Shown: positions 37,433 through 52,539 of the stretch, one piece after another
How the letters are laid out: the number at the start of each line of letters is the position of its first letter
Numbering within the stretch: the first letter of the stretch is position 1
Source of the DNA: Nemertoderma westbladi
Taxonomy: Eukaryota; Animalia; Xenacoelomorpha
Assembly: GCA_032718475.1 (NCBI GenBank)
Contig: JAUCBJ010001030.1
Coordinates: 1 to 57,357, forward strand
Length of the DNA: 57,357 nt
Direction of reading: 5' to 3'
Position numbers and translations under genes: made by a program
The notes under the pieces: model-generated
Told to the model about the DNA's origin: nothing
The model's input: only the letters and a program-made list of their open reading frames with translations
Database searches by the model: none

Positions 37433-37664
37433 GGATCAGAATTCCAGCAGAGCAAAGCCAAACCGATGGTTCGACTGCAGTACCGAGATGTCCGGTAATA
37501 CGACAGTGAATCCTAAAATCCGACTAAGTTAGTGTAAACTTTAAATTCAATTAAAACAGTCCCACTAATACATTGTCGAGCTCGCTAATCGACACCGATC
37601 GACCCCCTAGGATAAGTCGACCAGCCCCTGCATAGACGCTGCGACTCGGAGCCGGAAGTATTGC

Positions 37665-38073
37665 GAATTAACCCCAGATATATCCCTTTTATTGAAGTAT
37701 CACAGTCCTGGGTGCACTCGAATTCATTTCCTTTTTAATCGCCTTCCAGGGTTTCGGTATCAATGTATGATATACCTTGGTGACGGTAGAACTATACCTT
37801 AAAATATTCGATATACCTTCTGGGCTAGTCCCAGGCACTCTATATATATTTTATTCTCAGTTTCGCGCATCGCCAACCTTTGAGGACGCGAGTTCTCAAT
37901 AAAATACCCTGGGTCACTTTTACGTTTGCAAAACACTATCATGGTGGCGTGGCTGCTACTCCTATCCCAAGTTTGTATCGACCCCAGTGGATGAAAGGCT
38001 GAGTGGATCCTACCGGGGCTGAACCTACAATCAATAGAGTGCCAAGCGATCAACCTATTGAGCTACCCCCGCC
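37665..38073 (-). mobile_element. tRNA-derived SINE, same family as 2895-3466
   Basis: The minus strand reads ggcgggggtagctcaatagg (A-box), a degenerate B-box, then actcagcctttcatccactggggtcgata. Confidence 0.62.
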
Positions 38074-39752
38074 TTTGAGAGCAGTTAGAGGGACACTTTA
38101 ATGTGACCCTGACCCTTTCCAAGGAAATATTGACGCCCATAACAGATCATTACCACCAAAAATGCAACTGTAGCCTGTGTTATTGAAGTTTTCGTAGATT
38201 GTTTTGGTTAGAATATCTTTATTTAGATATCTACATGTCGTATTGTTTCTGATTACCGCTCTACTCCGAGCATATTTTACCACTCTTCGTTATTATTTAG
38301 CCAAGGCAATTAAAGCATAATTTATAGGTGTTTACATCATTTCATAAGATAATGTTGAATATTATTTCATTATTCAACAGCGCTTTCTCCATGATCTGAT
38401 CTTACAATAATATGCCCTCCATCTGTTTTGTCGTTTTTCGTCTTCTAAATAATAAAATTTTGTCCTCTGACGTTTATATTTTCCACTTGCCTTTAGCTAT
38501 TATGCCGATCGTCAACACCTTCCTTTCCTCTCATATAGGCATAAAAAAATAATGAATGATAATGAGGGTAAATAATATATGCATCATTATTTCCACGTGT
38601 ATTATTAAACCCGACGATACGCACGCAGGAGCGGGCAGCGGCCGTGATTAGCATTATTAGTACAATACTGTACGTACACAGCATCATCGTTCGAGAAACA
38701 TAGGAAGTTCGAAAAGTTGGAAATATCAATAATGTGTCTCCATAGCGAATTCTTCAAGATAACCGGAAGTTGGAAACCGAGGTACCGGGTTCGAGCCCCA
38801 ATAGGGTCGGTTGATATTTTCGCTATAGAGCATTATCATATTGTCCTATTACATTATGATAATGTGTTCTATTTTCAGCGCCACTTGTCGCATTTATTTT
38901 TACATGGCCCTTTGAAATATTATATTTGTTCTGAGGTTATAGTGGTTTAAGATAAGTTACTTGATTGATGAGAAAGCAAGCAATCAACGTGAATATAATT
39001 CACAGATGTTTTAAACAAACTCTGCATAACATAATGTCCCATTTCCAATAATAGTGGATCCATAGCCCCCAGTTACAGTCAACCATTGCAGATCGATTTT
39101 CCTTATTTGTAATTCTCCACGTATCTCGGACTTATCAAACGGTGTTCTTCCGCTTATATAGCTGGGATTTATTAAACCCTCCTTATTGAGATGCCTGAAG
39201 TGGGCCGACCACTTCTTTCCGCATCAACGAAGCTAACTTGTTTCTCATTTAAATTCCTTTCGTTATATTTGATTGACGGTTTTTTTCACTGATATACAGG
39301 AAGCGGTAGAGAGGAAGCAGTTATGAATATCAACCACGCTTGAAATAACTTCCAGTGCGCGCTGCTCCTTTCTGATAAAATGTAATCGGCGGTCGACGCT
39401 GGTTACATTAGGCCTTAAACTCTTTGCGTAGTTTTTTTAATAGTTTACCCGTATTTGTTCAGAGGTCTTCCAGTATCAACACGCGATCACGTTTAATTGT
39501 ACCGGTATATAAAGTATTAATTGTAATTGAGTTATTTGACAATGACAACCCCCTATACCACGTATTATCTATTCTAACATACAGTACAATCCATCCATAA
39601 AGGAATGGCTCTTCGGTTATACCTAGCTAGCTCGGCCTTCTTGCCTTTTGTTGGGTAATCTTGCTTATCTTCTTTTAATACCCTCTGCATGACGCTGCTA
39701 TCCTATATTTACCGCCCTCATCGGCACCAATTTATTTTTTCATTTAATATTT

Positions 39753-40556
39753 AGTCACTTGCCCAATATGCCATTTGCCCAATGAGTCACTTGCCCAATA
39801 TGCCATTTGCCCAATGAGTCACTTGCCAAATAAAAAATAAAACAAAAACTAAAAATGAGTCACTTTCCCAATAAGTAATTTCCCCAATAGGTCACTTGTG
39901 CCCAATAAGTTGCTAAAAATCACCTAATTCTACAAAAAATAATTATACACATTGATATTATGTTCTGGGGATTGGATTCACTCAAAAATTGTTTATTATT
40001 TCGCATAAAAAATACATTCTACAAAATTAATTTTAACAATTACAAACATTCAAGACATGTTATCACAGTCCCGTTCATACTATGAGATTTAATGATTAAA
40101 CAACGTAATAAAAAATTCTTGGAGTGTATGGAAACAAACGCGGGGGGGGGGGGGTTGCAAAACTTTAATAAAATGAGATAGTGATGAAAATTCCCCAATT
40201 GTTAACTAAAGAACACCCGCGACGCCCTCAGCGCCACAGCAATACCCACTGCATCTTTGTATCATCTTTTTGTTAAATTAAACCTTATGTACTGTAACTG
40301 AAGTGTTTGTGTGTGTATAATATACTGTAATACATTATTACAATAAATTAACATATTGCCAATATTAAATTTGAACCATTTTAATTGTCTACGAACACCT
40401 CATTATATTATATTATACATTTTGATAAAAATTTTAGTTTAATAAGCAAGATAATAACTGTAAAAGCAATGTGAAGTGGTAATGGTAGGGGCCTGCCTAA
40501 TGTATTGGGCAAGTAATGGTAGGGGCCTAATGTATTGGGCAAGTGACAGTTAACCC
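39753..40556. mobile_element. MITE with tandem subterminal repeats
   Basis: gtcacttgcccaat repeats on the left are inverted as attgggcaagtgac on the right, ending gttaaccc. The left terminus looks lost. Confidence 0.65.
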
Positions 40557-43500
40557 AGGAAAACCCCTATAGCTAAACTTTTAGCTAGATGGTGTGCCCT
40601 TTTCTTATTTGACATTGACAGACGATAGTCGGATTGTCAGAAAGACCGACAGACAGACTTACTCGATTACATTAAAAGTGAAAACTGACATCAGTAATGA
40701 AATCAGCTACCAGGATATCCCCCATAGCAAAAAGTGTTTAACATACACAGTTCAGTTGTTAAATATGCCTGATATTGAACACAAAAGTAATCAATATTGT
40801 AATGCTCTACATGTAATAATCCAATGTATGTTGTACTGAAGGGAACTAACTGAGGCGCCATCCCAATAATATTTAATTTACTTTGGATTACAGAAACTTA
40901 ATGTCATGTCGAATTGAACAAATAATACTTTTAATCAATTTTCTAATAAGAATTTACGAAGTTTTTATGGCCCAGGAAAAAGTCATGCTTTGAGATTGAG
41001 ACAGACTATGGAGACAAGAGTACAACACTTAATACACAAATCCATATAATAGACAGTTCAGCTCAGTTCCCTATCCCTGTCGATGCAAGTTGTCTAAGTT
41101 GATTTTAATAAATGAATCATATGGAGCTTACCAGTAAATATATCGTTGTGAGTTCTCCTACGGTTAATACTTCAATGATTTTTAAGCTAATCTCAATATT
41201 TCATGTAATCCGTATCACCGTTGATATATCCTAAGCCTAACTAAATACGGTATTGTAAAACTCGTAAAAGTAATAAAAAGTTTTTTTGCTTTGCGGATTT
41301 TAAATCTAAATAGCATTCTAAATAAGTTGTAATATGCTGGACCCGAACAACCTTAAGGCTGGAAGGGAGTGGCCGCCGTGTATCACTCCAATATAAATCA
41401 ATAATCATCGTGTCTTCATAGCCTGATATCTCTTAGCGAGACAGGGGGCGAGGGCAAAAAACGCATATCTTTCGTGGATTATCTGTTCTCATTGAATTAT
41501 CGAACTTAATTATCAATTAAGGGAAAGGAACAGGTGGCAGTGGCATATCAATAAATCTTAAAACGTAGTCAGCCCATTAAATTTGTCTTCAGACGATTAT
41601 TTATATATCATTTTATTGATTATAATTTAATATTATCATTGTCTCTTCGCAAATCTCAATAGATATTTAGGATTATAAGCAAATTTAGGGGTAATAGGGT
41701 TAGTAAGAACATACTAGGTAAAACTAGTACCTAAACCTAAACTTAACCTAAAGGTTAGGTAGGTAGGTCCCCTTAACAGGGAGATAGATCTTAATGGAGA
41801 GATGTTGCTGTTCCCTGTGTGCCGTCGTTATCGCAAAAAAACTATAGATTCACAACGCTACAAAATGCAACTCAAACCTAAACATGTTAAGGTATAAAAA
41901 GCTTATAAAAGCTAAAAATATTATTTGTTTTTTCAACATATTGTTTTTTTTGTTGTATTTTGTTTTTATCAATTTGTAATTTGGTTTTTTCAACAGCAAT
42001 TTGTTCTTTCAAGATATGATGAAATATGTCGGATACCAAATCGCTTCGTATGAGACGGACATACGGTCTCGTTCACACCGCCAAGTCAAAAGAGAAATAT
42101 AGATAGATCTAAATAGATTTCAGTTATTCTAGAATATTGGCATGGTCTCCCTCTTAAGAATATTGGACTATGGTCTCCCACTTAGGACTAATCTCAGTAC
42201 TTTTAAAATTGGTCGAAATTAAATAAATACTAGCAGATTTAATAATTATAATAAACTGCTGTTTGAACCGACGTCAGAACTTTTCATATAAACTGCAATA
42301 AACAATAAATAAATGATTTTATATTTATGCAATTAATATAAATATCTATTATAGAAATAATGGCGCAAATTGACCGCAAACACTAATGTTTTATTTGATG
42401 GCTTTATAAAATTAATTACATTTATTTAAAACATTAAGGGAAGGCTAAATTGCATTAATTTCATAAAAACATAACAATTGTATTTCAATATTCTAATATA
42501 TTATTTTAATAATAATAATTCCTTCTTTGATTCTATTTAAATTTCTCATTAGGATAAATTATCAATTACTTTCTCCTAGCACATCTAATTAGCTCATCAC
42601 AATTAAATCGAATTCAACCACTTTAGTTCCGACCAACCACCCAACGTTGATCTAGAGGATCTGCCTATACATACATACTACCAACCTGATTAACTACTTG
42701 AAATCCCAATTGCTTTTTGAAATTTATCTTCTGTCTTGTCTATGTTTAGGGTCCCACTTTATAATGAATAAAGTATTTCCAAAAGCTAACTTTCATAAAT
42801 TACATTCGCGGTGCGTTGCGTCGGTCGTTTGAACTAAAATCCCCTAAGTATGGCTTTATGTTACAGTAGGCTTAGTGGTTCAGTGGATTGTTAATCTATC
42901 GCGTCTCTCCTATAGTTTATCAGAACTATGTGCGGGATCTTTTTAACATCAGTGGGTGTGGATGGGGTTCTGGATCGGGGTTGATCACTGAAGGAAGTCA
43001 ACCGATTCAATATAACAACTATTTATTATTACAAGGAAAACAAATTGCGTCTTATTTTCACGCTGACCCCCGAGATCTTTTTTGAGGTTAATTATATACA
43101 TTTATAAGGGAAAATTGAAATTGTTACTTGTTTTTCATATAATACGAAAATTAATGGCACAATTTTATGCCCCCCCCCCCCCCTTCCCATTCCACATAGT
43201 TGCGTTGGATTTAATGGCTATGTAATGCAGCGCAGCCTATTCAAACCTGTTTCGGCATCATAAAACGCATAAAACTGAAGTTAAAATAAACTACAGGGTT
43301 GGAGAATAACAACGCCGGTTTGCTGACTAATGACTTCGGAAAATAGGCCATTAATGTATTTAGGTAGAATTTTGTAAGAATAAAGGATGTAATTGGGGTA
43401 ATAATCACTTGAAAAGAAATGTTGCTAATTATAACAACATTGTTTTCATATTGATATTGTAATAATAACAGATATAGAAAGAATAAAGAACCAGTCTAAT

Positions 43501-43694
43501 AATAACGAGTCATGAAAAACAAGTTTAATAATTGAATTTTTCAATCAATTAAACGACATTGGTCATTATTAAACAATATTATATTACAGTTTATAGCATG
43601 TAATATAACATTTTATAATGAAATTAATCAACCAGATCCTAGTGATCTGCCTGACTCTGTCTGCTGTATCTGAATAGTTGCTACGGGTACTCCA

Positions 43695-43936
43695 ATGCCT
43701 ACAATTCTGTTATATATATCAACTGCACTGATCCTGATAGAACCTGCATTGAGTTCCATTGGTAACAACCTGAGTTACAACTCGGGACAGAGCATTGCGA
43801 CGTCGTCTTCGAAACCTAGGGATGTCTCAGACCCCAACGTAGCGGATGAGGATGAGACCGAGGCTAATCAAGATGTAGACAGGAGGAACATGGATCTGCT
43901 TGGGGGGGAGAAGAGGATTTATGACCCAAATTTACC
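43695..43936 (+). CDS. Probable first coding exon of a secreted precursor protein
   Basis: Signal-peptide-like MPTILLYISTALILIEPALS, an acidic stretch, RR and KR pairs, and a gtaagt donor at 43937. A possible acceptor accag lies at 43635. GC content is higher than in the flanks. Confidence 0.55.
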
Positions 43937-44299
43937 GTAAGTTTGAAATTTGTTACAAATAGGTTTTTGTTTAGTTTACTAGAGACTGATAGTTATTATA
44001 AATCCGGATAGAATCCGGATAGTTATTATAGATCCCGCTGTTACTGGGCGAATGACTATTGAGATTCAATAAGGTGCTTTGCTAAATTTCCACGTCATCT
44101 GTAAACAGTTAATATTATCCAAAATTAACATGTTGGTCTAATAACATACAAGTGAATCTATCACCTTGAAGGACATAGATCTTGTGGCAGTATCATTTTG
44201 TAATCTGATGGCTGGTATACGTTCTCATTAATTCCATATACTGCAAGTATGCTGTTGAAAATAGGTGATCGGGAGGCTAAATCAAAGTCCTTAATGTAG

Positions 44300-44580
44300 T
44301 CCACAAAGATAACAGCCAGATGTTTGTCCTAATTTTTGGATAACTCTTCAATTATCCTTCTAAGCGCCAGAATGGCTCCATGGTCCATAATGACCTGACC
44401 TATACAATACAAACCCATTTTGATTCCAACGTGCGTGGCAGTCCTTCAATGACATGCCAAATTCAATTTAATAGAATTATATTGTATAGCTTTGTAGCAA
44501 TCGAATCGATCGAGTTTCTACGTAAGATCCATAGATTGTTAGGTTACCCTAATTGGGAACTGGGACCAAATTATTTGTTC
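44300..44580 (-). mobile_element. Decayed RT fragment of the RTE-type LINE
   Basis: Aligns by eye to about 1498-1762 (caaagataacagccagatg, ataactcttcaattatccttctaag). Confidence 0.8.
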
Positions 44581-45824
44581 TCAATAATAATTGTGCGTCT
44601 CTATATTTTTCTGTCTAAATTCTAAATTTATTAATAATAACCAACGTAATTACTGATCTAAAATAATTAATCCGAAATCAACAGAATAAACTTCTAGATC
44701 GTTGATTGGATAAATATTTTATTAACCGCATTTTTGGAAGATTGATTGGATAATTAAAGACTGTGGACATTAAATGTGGACATTAAAGTAATGCGGACTT
44801 TTGCTGACAATAAAGAGGATAATTAAAAGAAAAAAAGAAAGTAAGTATTTATTTTCTTCTTTGTAAAATACGTATTTCCTCTATAAACTAAAAATAAACG
44901 AAAACAGTATGCTTTAAATCTTCCTCGAAAATGCGGACAAAAAAATGTTACTTTACTTTTGTAAAATAAATATTTATTATTTAATCATTTATTATTTTAT
45001 CAGTTAGTCGTTACCAATGTATAAAGTTTGAAATAAAAATACGTTCTGATACATCAAAGGCAATGTGGTATAATGGAGTACAAAAGAGCTGAATGGCTTC
45101 TGCGGGGAATTTGAAATGCAAAGAATTGTATGACACGGTATTGCGGACCATACCGAGCCATTATATTGTCATTGGCCCTTCGGGACAATGGTAATCTGAT
45201 ACTCCCTATAAGTTCATATATTATTATTATAGCCTTATGATTTATGGTTACAATTACATGACAAATAATAATTAGGGTTTCCGTATCTTGTATAACTAAT
45301 CCTAACCAAAATTAACATAACCCAAAAGTAATTATATACGCGAATTGAACTTGGCTTTCAAGTTATCAGAAGCTGTTATATTTTTATATTTCTCTATTTT
45401 CTATTGCTATATTGTTCTCTATGAACCCGTCACAGTTGCCCGGTACTTTTTATACTAAAGCGAATAACATGAGGTAACGACGTTAACGCCGTTAGCACAT
45501 TTTACGGCAACTTAAAAGACAACGTACCACATTACAGCTGTTCTTACACTGAGTAGCACAGATATGTGCATATTAGATGATAAGGGTTTGTGTATCTCGT
45601 AGGCGATTTATTTATACTGAAACAGAATGTGAAACTTGTAATTGGTTTTCCGTTGTTATGGTTATTTTTACTAGCATTCCTAATTATTATAAACAATTTA
45701 ATTAGATTATACATATTTTTGCTAATTTGTATTAATGTATTAATTTGTTCGATCCGCTGTCTTTATTTTCACTCACTCACTACCTTCGTTCGTGAACCAA
45801 GGTAGTGAGTGACCCGCCCCCGCT

Positions 45825-46065
45825 TTGCCGGACATATTTTTCGCCGTGAGGACCAGCCAGTGCACAATATTGTGCTTTGGCAGCCCCATTGAGAAAATAA
45901 GCATGGTGGACAGCCCATGACTTTCGTGAGACGCCTCCTAAAGGACACTGGCCTTGAAGATGCGGATAATTTCGAGAAAGTCATGGTGGATATGGATTTG
46001 CAACGGTGCAACATTGTTGAGAAACCGACATAGCATTCTTAATGCGCGCTGCATTGGGCTTGCCA
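45825..46065 (+). mobile_element. 3' fragment of the RTE-type LINE
   Basis: Reads as decayed FAGH...REDQPVHNIVLWQPH...KHGGQPMTF. Confidence 0.85.
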
Positions 46066-46139
46066 ATTGTGGATTGCATGGTGGTGACAAAATATTTTGT
46101 TAGGCCAGCTTAGCATAGCATCTCAATGTGCAGATTCAA

Positions 46140-48032
46140 CACGTGGACAGCCAAGGATGCAGTTAAGGCTACATATAGATCCTTTAACAGCCAGTACTCT
46201 GATAATCTGAAGGACCTTATCAACAAGCAGGTTGATGCCAATAACAATGCCAATGATAGCACGCAATCAGCCCAGGCATGGAAATCAATAATCCTGCTCA
46301 CTGGGAGGAAAAGCCAACCAACCACTAAGGTAAAGGCTGAATCACCAGCTGAACGCGTCAAAGGTTGGAAGTACCACTTTGAGAAGCTTCTAAACAATGG
46401 CAGGTTATTGCCTGACAACTTTGCGGTACATCATGTATCAGAGTCTGGGATATGTGTCAGAGTCTCACAGATATCCCCATTGGTGACATCTCCTTTGCTG
46501 AAATCAAGATTGCAGCTAGGAGCATCAAGACCAATCGTGCCAGTGGATTAGATGGCGTGGCCCCTGATGTCTTTAAAAGTTTGGAGCTCATTCACCCCAT
46601 TATTGTGGACATGTATAGGACAAAGAGAGTCCCACAAAAACTGAAAACAAATAAGTTGGTCCGAGCCCCAGAGAAGATCAACCTAACAACCCGTGGATCT
46701 TTTCGTGGAATCTCATTAATCTCGATTGCTGCAAAAGCTATACAACATAATTATATTAAATCGCATCAGGGATCCTGTTGAGAGACTGTTACGTGGGAAC
46801 CCAGAACCCAAAATGGGTTCTGTAAAGGTCGTGGGACCATAGAGTCTATTCTGGCATACTTAGAAGGATAATCGAAGAGTTATCAAAAAAGAAATACAGA
46901 CAACCAGCTATTATCGTTGTTGATTTCTTTAAAGCCTTCGACTCCCGACCACGTATTTTCAGCATTCTGGCGGCATATGGGATTCCTGGGGAAATTATTG
47001 CAGCTATCAGATCACTTCACGATGGTTCCACTGTTTGTTCAGAGTGACACACTTGCACCATTCTTATTCGTAATTGTGGTTGATTAAGTTCTACGCATGT
47101 CCTTAGATTATCATAATGATGATGGGGTGATGGTAATACTCCTTAATGGCACAAGAAGTAGCAGTGAAGAAATCCAGCAAAGCACCTTACTGACCTAGAC
47201 TTTGCTGATGATTTAGGGGTACTGTCAGAATCACTAGAGGGAGCCCAAAGTCTCCTCTGCTCATTGGAGCAGGTTGCTTATAGTGTTGGTCTTTTTGTAA
47301 ATTTCAAGAAGACCAAAATCATGACAGCCAACCTAGACAGCCCTCAAGAAATGTGTGATCGTAATGGTATAAGCTCTAAGGATGGCTTTCTTGAGCACGT
47401 GGATGACTTCTGCTACTTGGGATCATGGATCAGAAAGTCAGGTGAAGACCTTAGGATACGTAAGAGGAAGGCATGGGCAGCGTTAAATAGTCAGTCCAGG
47501 ATTTGGAAGTCCCTTGGAATAAATCGGAATCTTAAGATTAGATTATTTATACCGCAGTAGTTCCAGTGCTCTTATATGCAGTCCCTGCTGGGCTCTAACT
47601 GCAGAGGATTCCGAATCTCTGAAAATACCAAATCTGTTGCGCCGGGTTCATTGTGTCAAGTAAAATGAACACATCTCCAACCAGACACTATATAACATTG
47701 GAGGTGTCTCATTGGTTCCCCCAAGCTTGAAACTTGAACGCAACCGCCTCCACTTTGCAGGACATTGCTTTCGCCGTGAGAACCAGCCAGTGCATAATCT
47801 TGTACTTTGGCAGCCTCATGGAGCGAAAAAGCATATTGGACAGCCCATGATTTCCTTGAGACACATCTTAAAGGACACTGACCTTGAAGATGCAGATGAT
47901 CTAGCAAATGTCATGGGTCATAGGGTGTTGTGGCGGCGAAATGTTGTCAATAAGCCGGCACAGCATTCTTAATATATATGTAATATAAATAATGAAGTTG
48001 CAATGCAGCAGGCCGATTATAGTAGTAGTAGT
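46140..48032 (+). pseudogene. Degenerate 5'-truncated copy of the RTE-type LINE
   Basis: Fragmented ORFs collinear with 386-2260, with frameshifts and a deletion in the RT core. It ends KPAQHS* followed by an (agt)n tail. Confidence 0.92.
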
Positions 48033-48924
48033 CGTGAATCAACTCATCGAATCAGTTCACAATAAAAAGCATTTAGACACATAAGTAGAATTTTACGTAT
48101 TATATTATTTACCCAATCAATACTCGAAATGCACCAAATAGGCTTGGACAATTTACATGAAATCTATGACTGGAAGGTATCCCATTTGTTGTATGACTAA
48201 TCAAAAGAAAACATTTATTGGAAGTCTGTGATCAATTGAAGAAAAAAACATCCATCGTGGGTCATTCAATTCAAAAGTCTTTTGTTGTCAGAAAATTGGG
48301 TATCATTGAAATAATGTGATCAATTAAGTTATCCATAATGAGACTGGAAAGTACATCTGAAGCTGCAATAATCACCTCCTATTAAAGTAGCTGAATCAGT
48401 AAAAAGTAATTATTCCATGTCAATCTTCCTGAATTTCATTGTCCCTTAAACCTTAACTGGACCACCTTGTCCATGTACATCACACTATTATCATTCCGAT
48501 CTAAGATAAAGAAGCTGCTACCTGTCAACAGAAGTCTCATAAGTAATGTGTTATTGACAGCGGCAGGAAGTCGATTTAAGCCTAAATAGATTTTATTACC
48601 AACTCTGTGCTGGGATTTAATTTTTATTATCGTAATTACCATGCTTTCAAAGCCATACCTAACTATGTATATTTCATGTACATTAAAACTTGTACGAACC
48701 ATACAAATAGTCATCTTACAGTACAATGTGAATTTAATAACAGTATAGTTTGTTATAATACGTTATGAGTTGTCTATCCACGAGACCCAAGGAAGTCGAA
48801 TGGATGTCGCAACGTTCTTTCATTGATTACTATACTGGTCAGACTTATATTAACATTACAAGTCATTCATTATTCGGTTTTGGTAGTTTTCAATGTAACC
48901 CAACCTCCTTAGCTTACTGTGAGC

Positions 48925-49275
48925 TTTTAGGCGCCCGTTGACACAACTTTTCCAACCAGATATCTCATTTACAGTTTGCCAGGTATAAGTCGTGGTAAGC
49001 AATTGTAATTGCTTCAATTTTGTCCTGTATGTACTTCTCCCGGCTGCTAGCCACTTTGAGATCTTCTCTTCCGGAACCTTGTTGACGTTTTTGGCTGTTT
49101 GTTGTTAAGATTTTACTTTGTAGACTATCGGTATCTAAGTTCGTCTCTTTTACAAGTAACATCAGCCGTTTGTGTTTCTGGGGAATATGGGTCTTGGCTG
49201 ATTGATTATGCTCTGGTAGATCGATTCGGCGGATTGGTCTTTATCCACTGAGGAGGATCTGATACCTCACTTCAG
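48925..49275 (-). mobile_element. Probable decayed RTE-type linker (between endonuclease and RT)
   Basis: The minus strand has RYQIL...AKTHIPQKHKR...YIQDKIEAI...WKVV, parallel to the linker of the element at 347-2673. Confidence 0.4.
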
Positions 49276-51031
49276 TATGGTACCAAAGATCGTCAACTTA
49301 AGCTTTCCATTATACTCTGGTAGCTCCGTGTTTTTCCGCCTAGGTAATTCTTCTAATTAACAGAAATCCGAAACCGCTATAGATAGTAACATCGATGAGT
49401 TGATGAGGTTCAAATCCCAAAAGTAATTCCAATCCTAATTCTGCCTTGGTTTAATTATCTAACAAAATAGCCTGCTTGTAACAATTAATTGAATGCATTA
49501 CTATACATATACCCCTTCTACGATATCCGCCCTTTCACCTTTACCTGTTACTCACTAACACTAACACTATGACTTTTTAATCAATACGATAATTTTTCAT
49601 TTTCATTATAAAATGAATGAGTTAATTGTATCTTTAATACACTACGGCGACTTGCTGCATACATTTTCTAAAGTTTGAAACAACAACTCTTTGTTTGTAA
49701 GGCGGTACCGGTACACAATCGGCTAGGCCTACAGGGCGGTACACAATTGGCTAGGCCTATACAAACCCAAAAACACCGTTACCTAGAATCGAATATAGGC
49801 CTATATACATATTATCATAAATTAACTTCCAAGCCAAATAAAAGAGAAGAGTAAAAAAGAAAAGAGAGACGTCTGGCGTCGTCGACTCGACCTGTCTTGG
49901 CTCTTTGTTTTGTACTCACCCCATATTATAACAGTTCATAAAAAGATAAAGCTGGAATTTAGTGGGTCTGGTCACAAGGTTGAGGTAATAAGGGTCCGGT
50001 GAAATTTAGCACAAGTAAAATATAAATTTTTTTAAAGCTTCAATACGGTATTTAGAAGGTCCGGTCAATGGGTGCGGTCAGTTCCGCCACTTCCGCAGAG
50101 AAGAGGAAGTCATTCATGCCGAAATGTTTATTTGTTGGCTGACCAACCCAGCATGTTTATTAGATGGCTCGCTATCACACTTTTCATATTTAATTGATCA
50201 CTAACTAATGCAGGTGGGAGTAAAAGAAAACAAATCGATAAACAATTTCTTGACTCCATTTATTATTTAACTTCATTATAAATAACAAATGTTGTAATTA
50301 AATGGCAAATGGCACCTTCATCTTAATACTCTTTATCTGCTCCAATGAGGGTCCGGCTTTTTAGTCCGGCTTTATGGACCAATCCAAGCAGCAATCGCAT
50401 TCAATTTTCATCTTATGCCTCACTAAAACTACGCAACCTCTCTCTACATCCTACATCATATTGAATTTGCCAAGAATGAAAATGTTAGGAAAAGTAAAAT
50501 AATGATAAACCGGATCAGCATACATGACGCAAACTCATTACTGCTGATTACTCATAGTTTCATACATGTAACAGAACTGTAGTGTGCCAGTAAATATGGG
50601 TCAATCAATTATTAATAATCTAAGGTTTACTAACGTCTATCTATTTAACTATCTGTACTAAATCGCTAGCTTTATGGAACGGAATAACGTAACTGGCGGA
50701 GAAAGGCAAATAATTGCTTCACTCAATTAGCATCCAATAACCGCAACTTTTCTGGATTCAGCCATTAGTGGCTAATTGCCTCACATATTTATCGTTGCTG
50801 TAAATACTACAGTACCAACAATAATGATGCCTCATTAGGAATCATTTTAGCGCCCGCATGCATGTAGCGTATGGCGTGTAATAAATGTTATCGTTCTGTC
50901 TTATTGTTTTTATTTATTGACCGATAGACAGACACTGCATTCTTTAGATTTAAGGTTGTTTCTTTAAAGCGTAATATTTTCAATGCAGTTCGAGTTACAG
51001 GATTCAGTTTTATCGGATAGGTCGATGGAAA

Positions 51032-51275
51032 GGTGGGAATGTATAGGATGATGAGAATGTGTGAATATGGGGAGGTGGGTGGGAATGTATAGGATGATGA
51101 GAATGTTGGGAGGTGGGTGGGAATGTATAGGATGATGAGAATGTTGGGAGGTGGGTGGGAATGTATAGGATGATGAGAATGTTGGGTGGTGGGTGGGAAT
51201 GTATAGGATGATGAGAATGTTGGGAGGTGGGTGGGAATGTATAGGATGATGAGAATGTTGGGTGGTGGGTGGGTG
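51032..51275. repeat. 38-bp tandem repeat
   Basis: Unit gggaatgtataggatgatgagaatgttggg(a/t)ggtgggt, about 6 copies. Confidence 0.95.
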
Positions 51276-52539
51276 ACCATCCCCCTCAAAGAGGACTTCG
51301 CGCTGCACATGAATGCCAAAATGTGGACCCCCCAAACTGTTAGGGAAGATGGTCGAAAATATGAAAGTTCCCTAATGATAATGAATGGGCCAAATTCCTT
51401 TCCGATGTGTTTTTTTTCGCTGGGAAAGGAAATCCTGGGAAACTTCACATGGGCGACAAATAACCCATAACCAATAATATGGCGGCCCACTTGTATAGTA
51501 TAGGCGTCTACTATCTTCATCATTTTGTGCATATGTCTATCAATGTATGTAAGTGTAATTAATAAATTGTCGTATTCCCAATTAGTTGACAGACGAATGT
51601 AGGATGTGTAATGTGTATTGTTTTGTAATTGCGTTTGAATAATATGTGACAATCATTATTTTTCCTGTTTGTATAATGCTGATAGTCTCTCACCATCACT
51701 GTTAACCAAACACGCCTATGAACAAGAGCTTCAGCTGTAATCAATGAATCATATAGTCAGGGCAACGTGGCAGATTGATTAGTTGGCAGCTTCGTTTGTT
51801 TTATCGAATATATTGATTTATTGATTTACGTATCTCACTGAAATAAATTTATCCTAATCTATCGTTAGTCGAAGGGTTGTTAAAAAAAACTCCGTATGAT
51901 AATTCAAAAATTTTGTAATAAAATCCCACATATAACCACATATTATTACTATATCCTAATATACATTGAAATTAATTTAATAATAATTACTGCGTTTCGT
52001 TTTCGTTTAATCGACACAAATAATGAGATTATGAAACTAATTTTAATTACGGGTAGCAGCTATATGATATGTAAAATATCGCATACACCAACTATATCCT
52101 AGAATATTGTGACTTCATTCATCCAGAGACACTTTCAATCTTCGGCTAAAGCGTTTGTAAAGGTGTCTCCTTTTATATTGTTCTAGTCACACTGCAGTTA
52201 TTCTACAACCTTATAGTGATTTGTTCATACTGAGATGGAATTCTTGATTCCTGATGCAAGGATTCCTAATATATAGAAAAATATCTGAGTTATAATATTA
52301 TATGTCTTTACATCTGCTGGAAGCCATTTATTCTGCCTCAAACTCCATACGTTTGGATATATTGGGTGGGGTATGACTGGCATGTACCTACATGGAGTGA
52401 AAATCAAAGATTCTAAACTAGACTTGTAGGTGGTCATCTGCATCTAATGAAAATGTTGCTTTGCACCCCGCGCCGAAGTCTAGACGAATTGTGATGTAAA
52501 GAGTATGAATAATAATTACATTACTTTTAGATAGCACTA

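Noticed and set aside
50888-51652. 254-aa ORF
   Set aside because: Its length comes largely from the stop-free 38-bp repeat; no domain or splice evidence.
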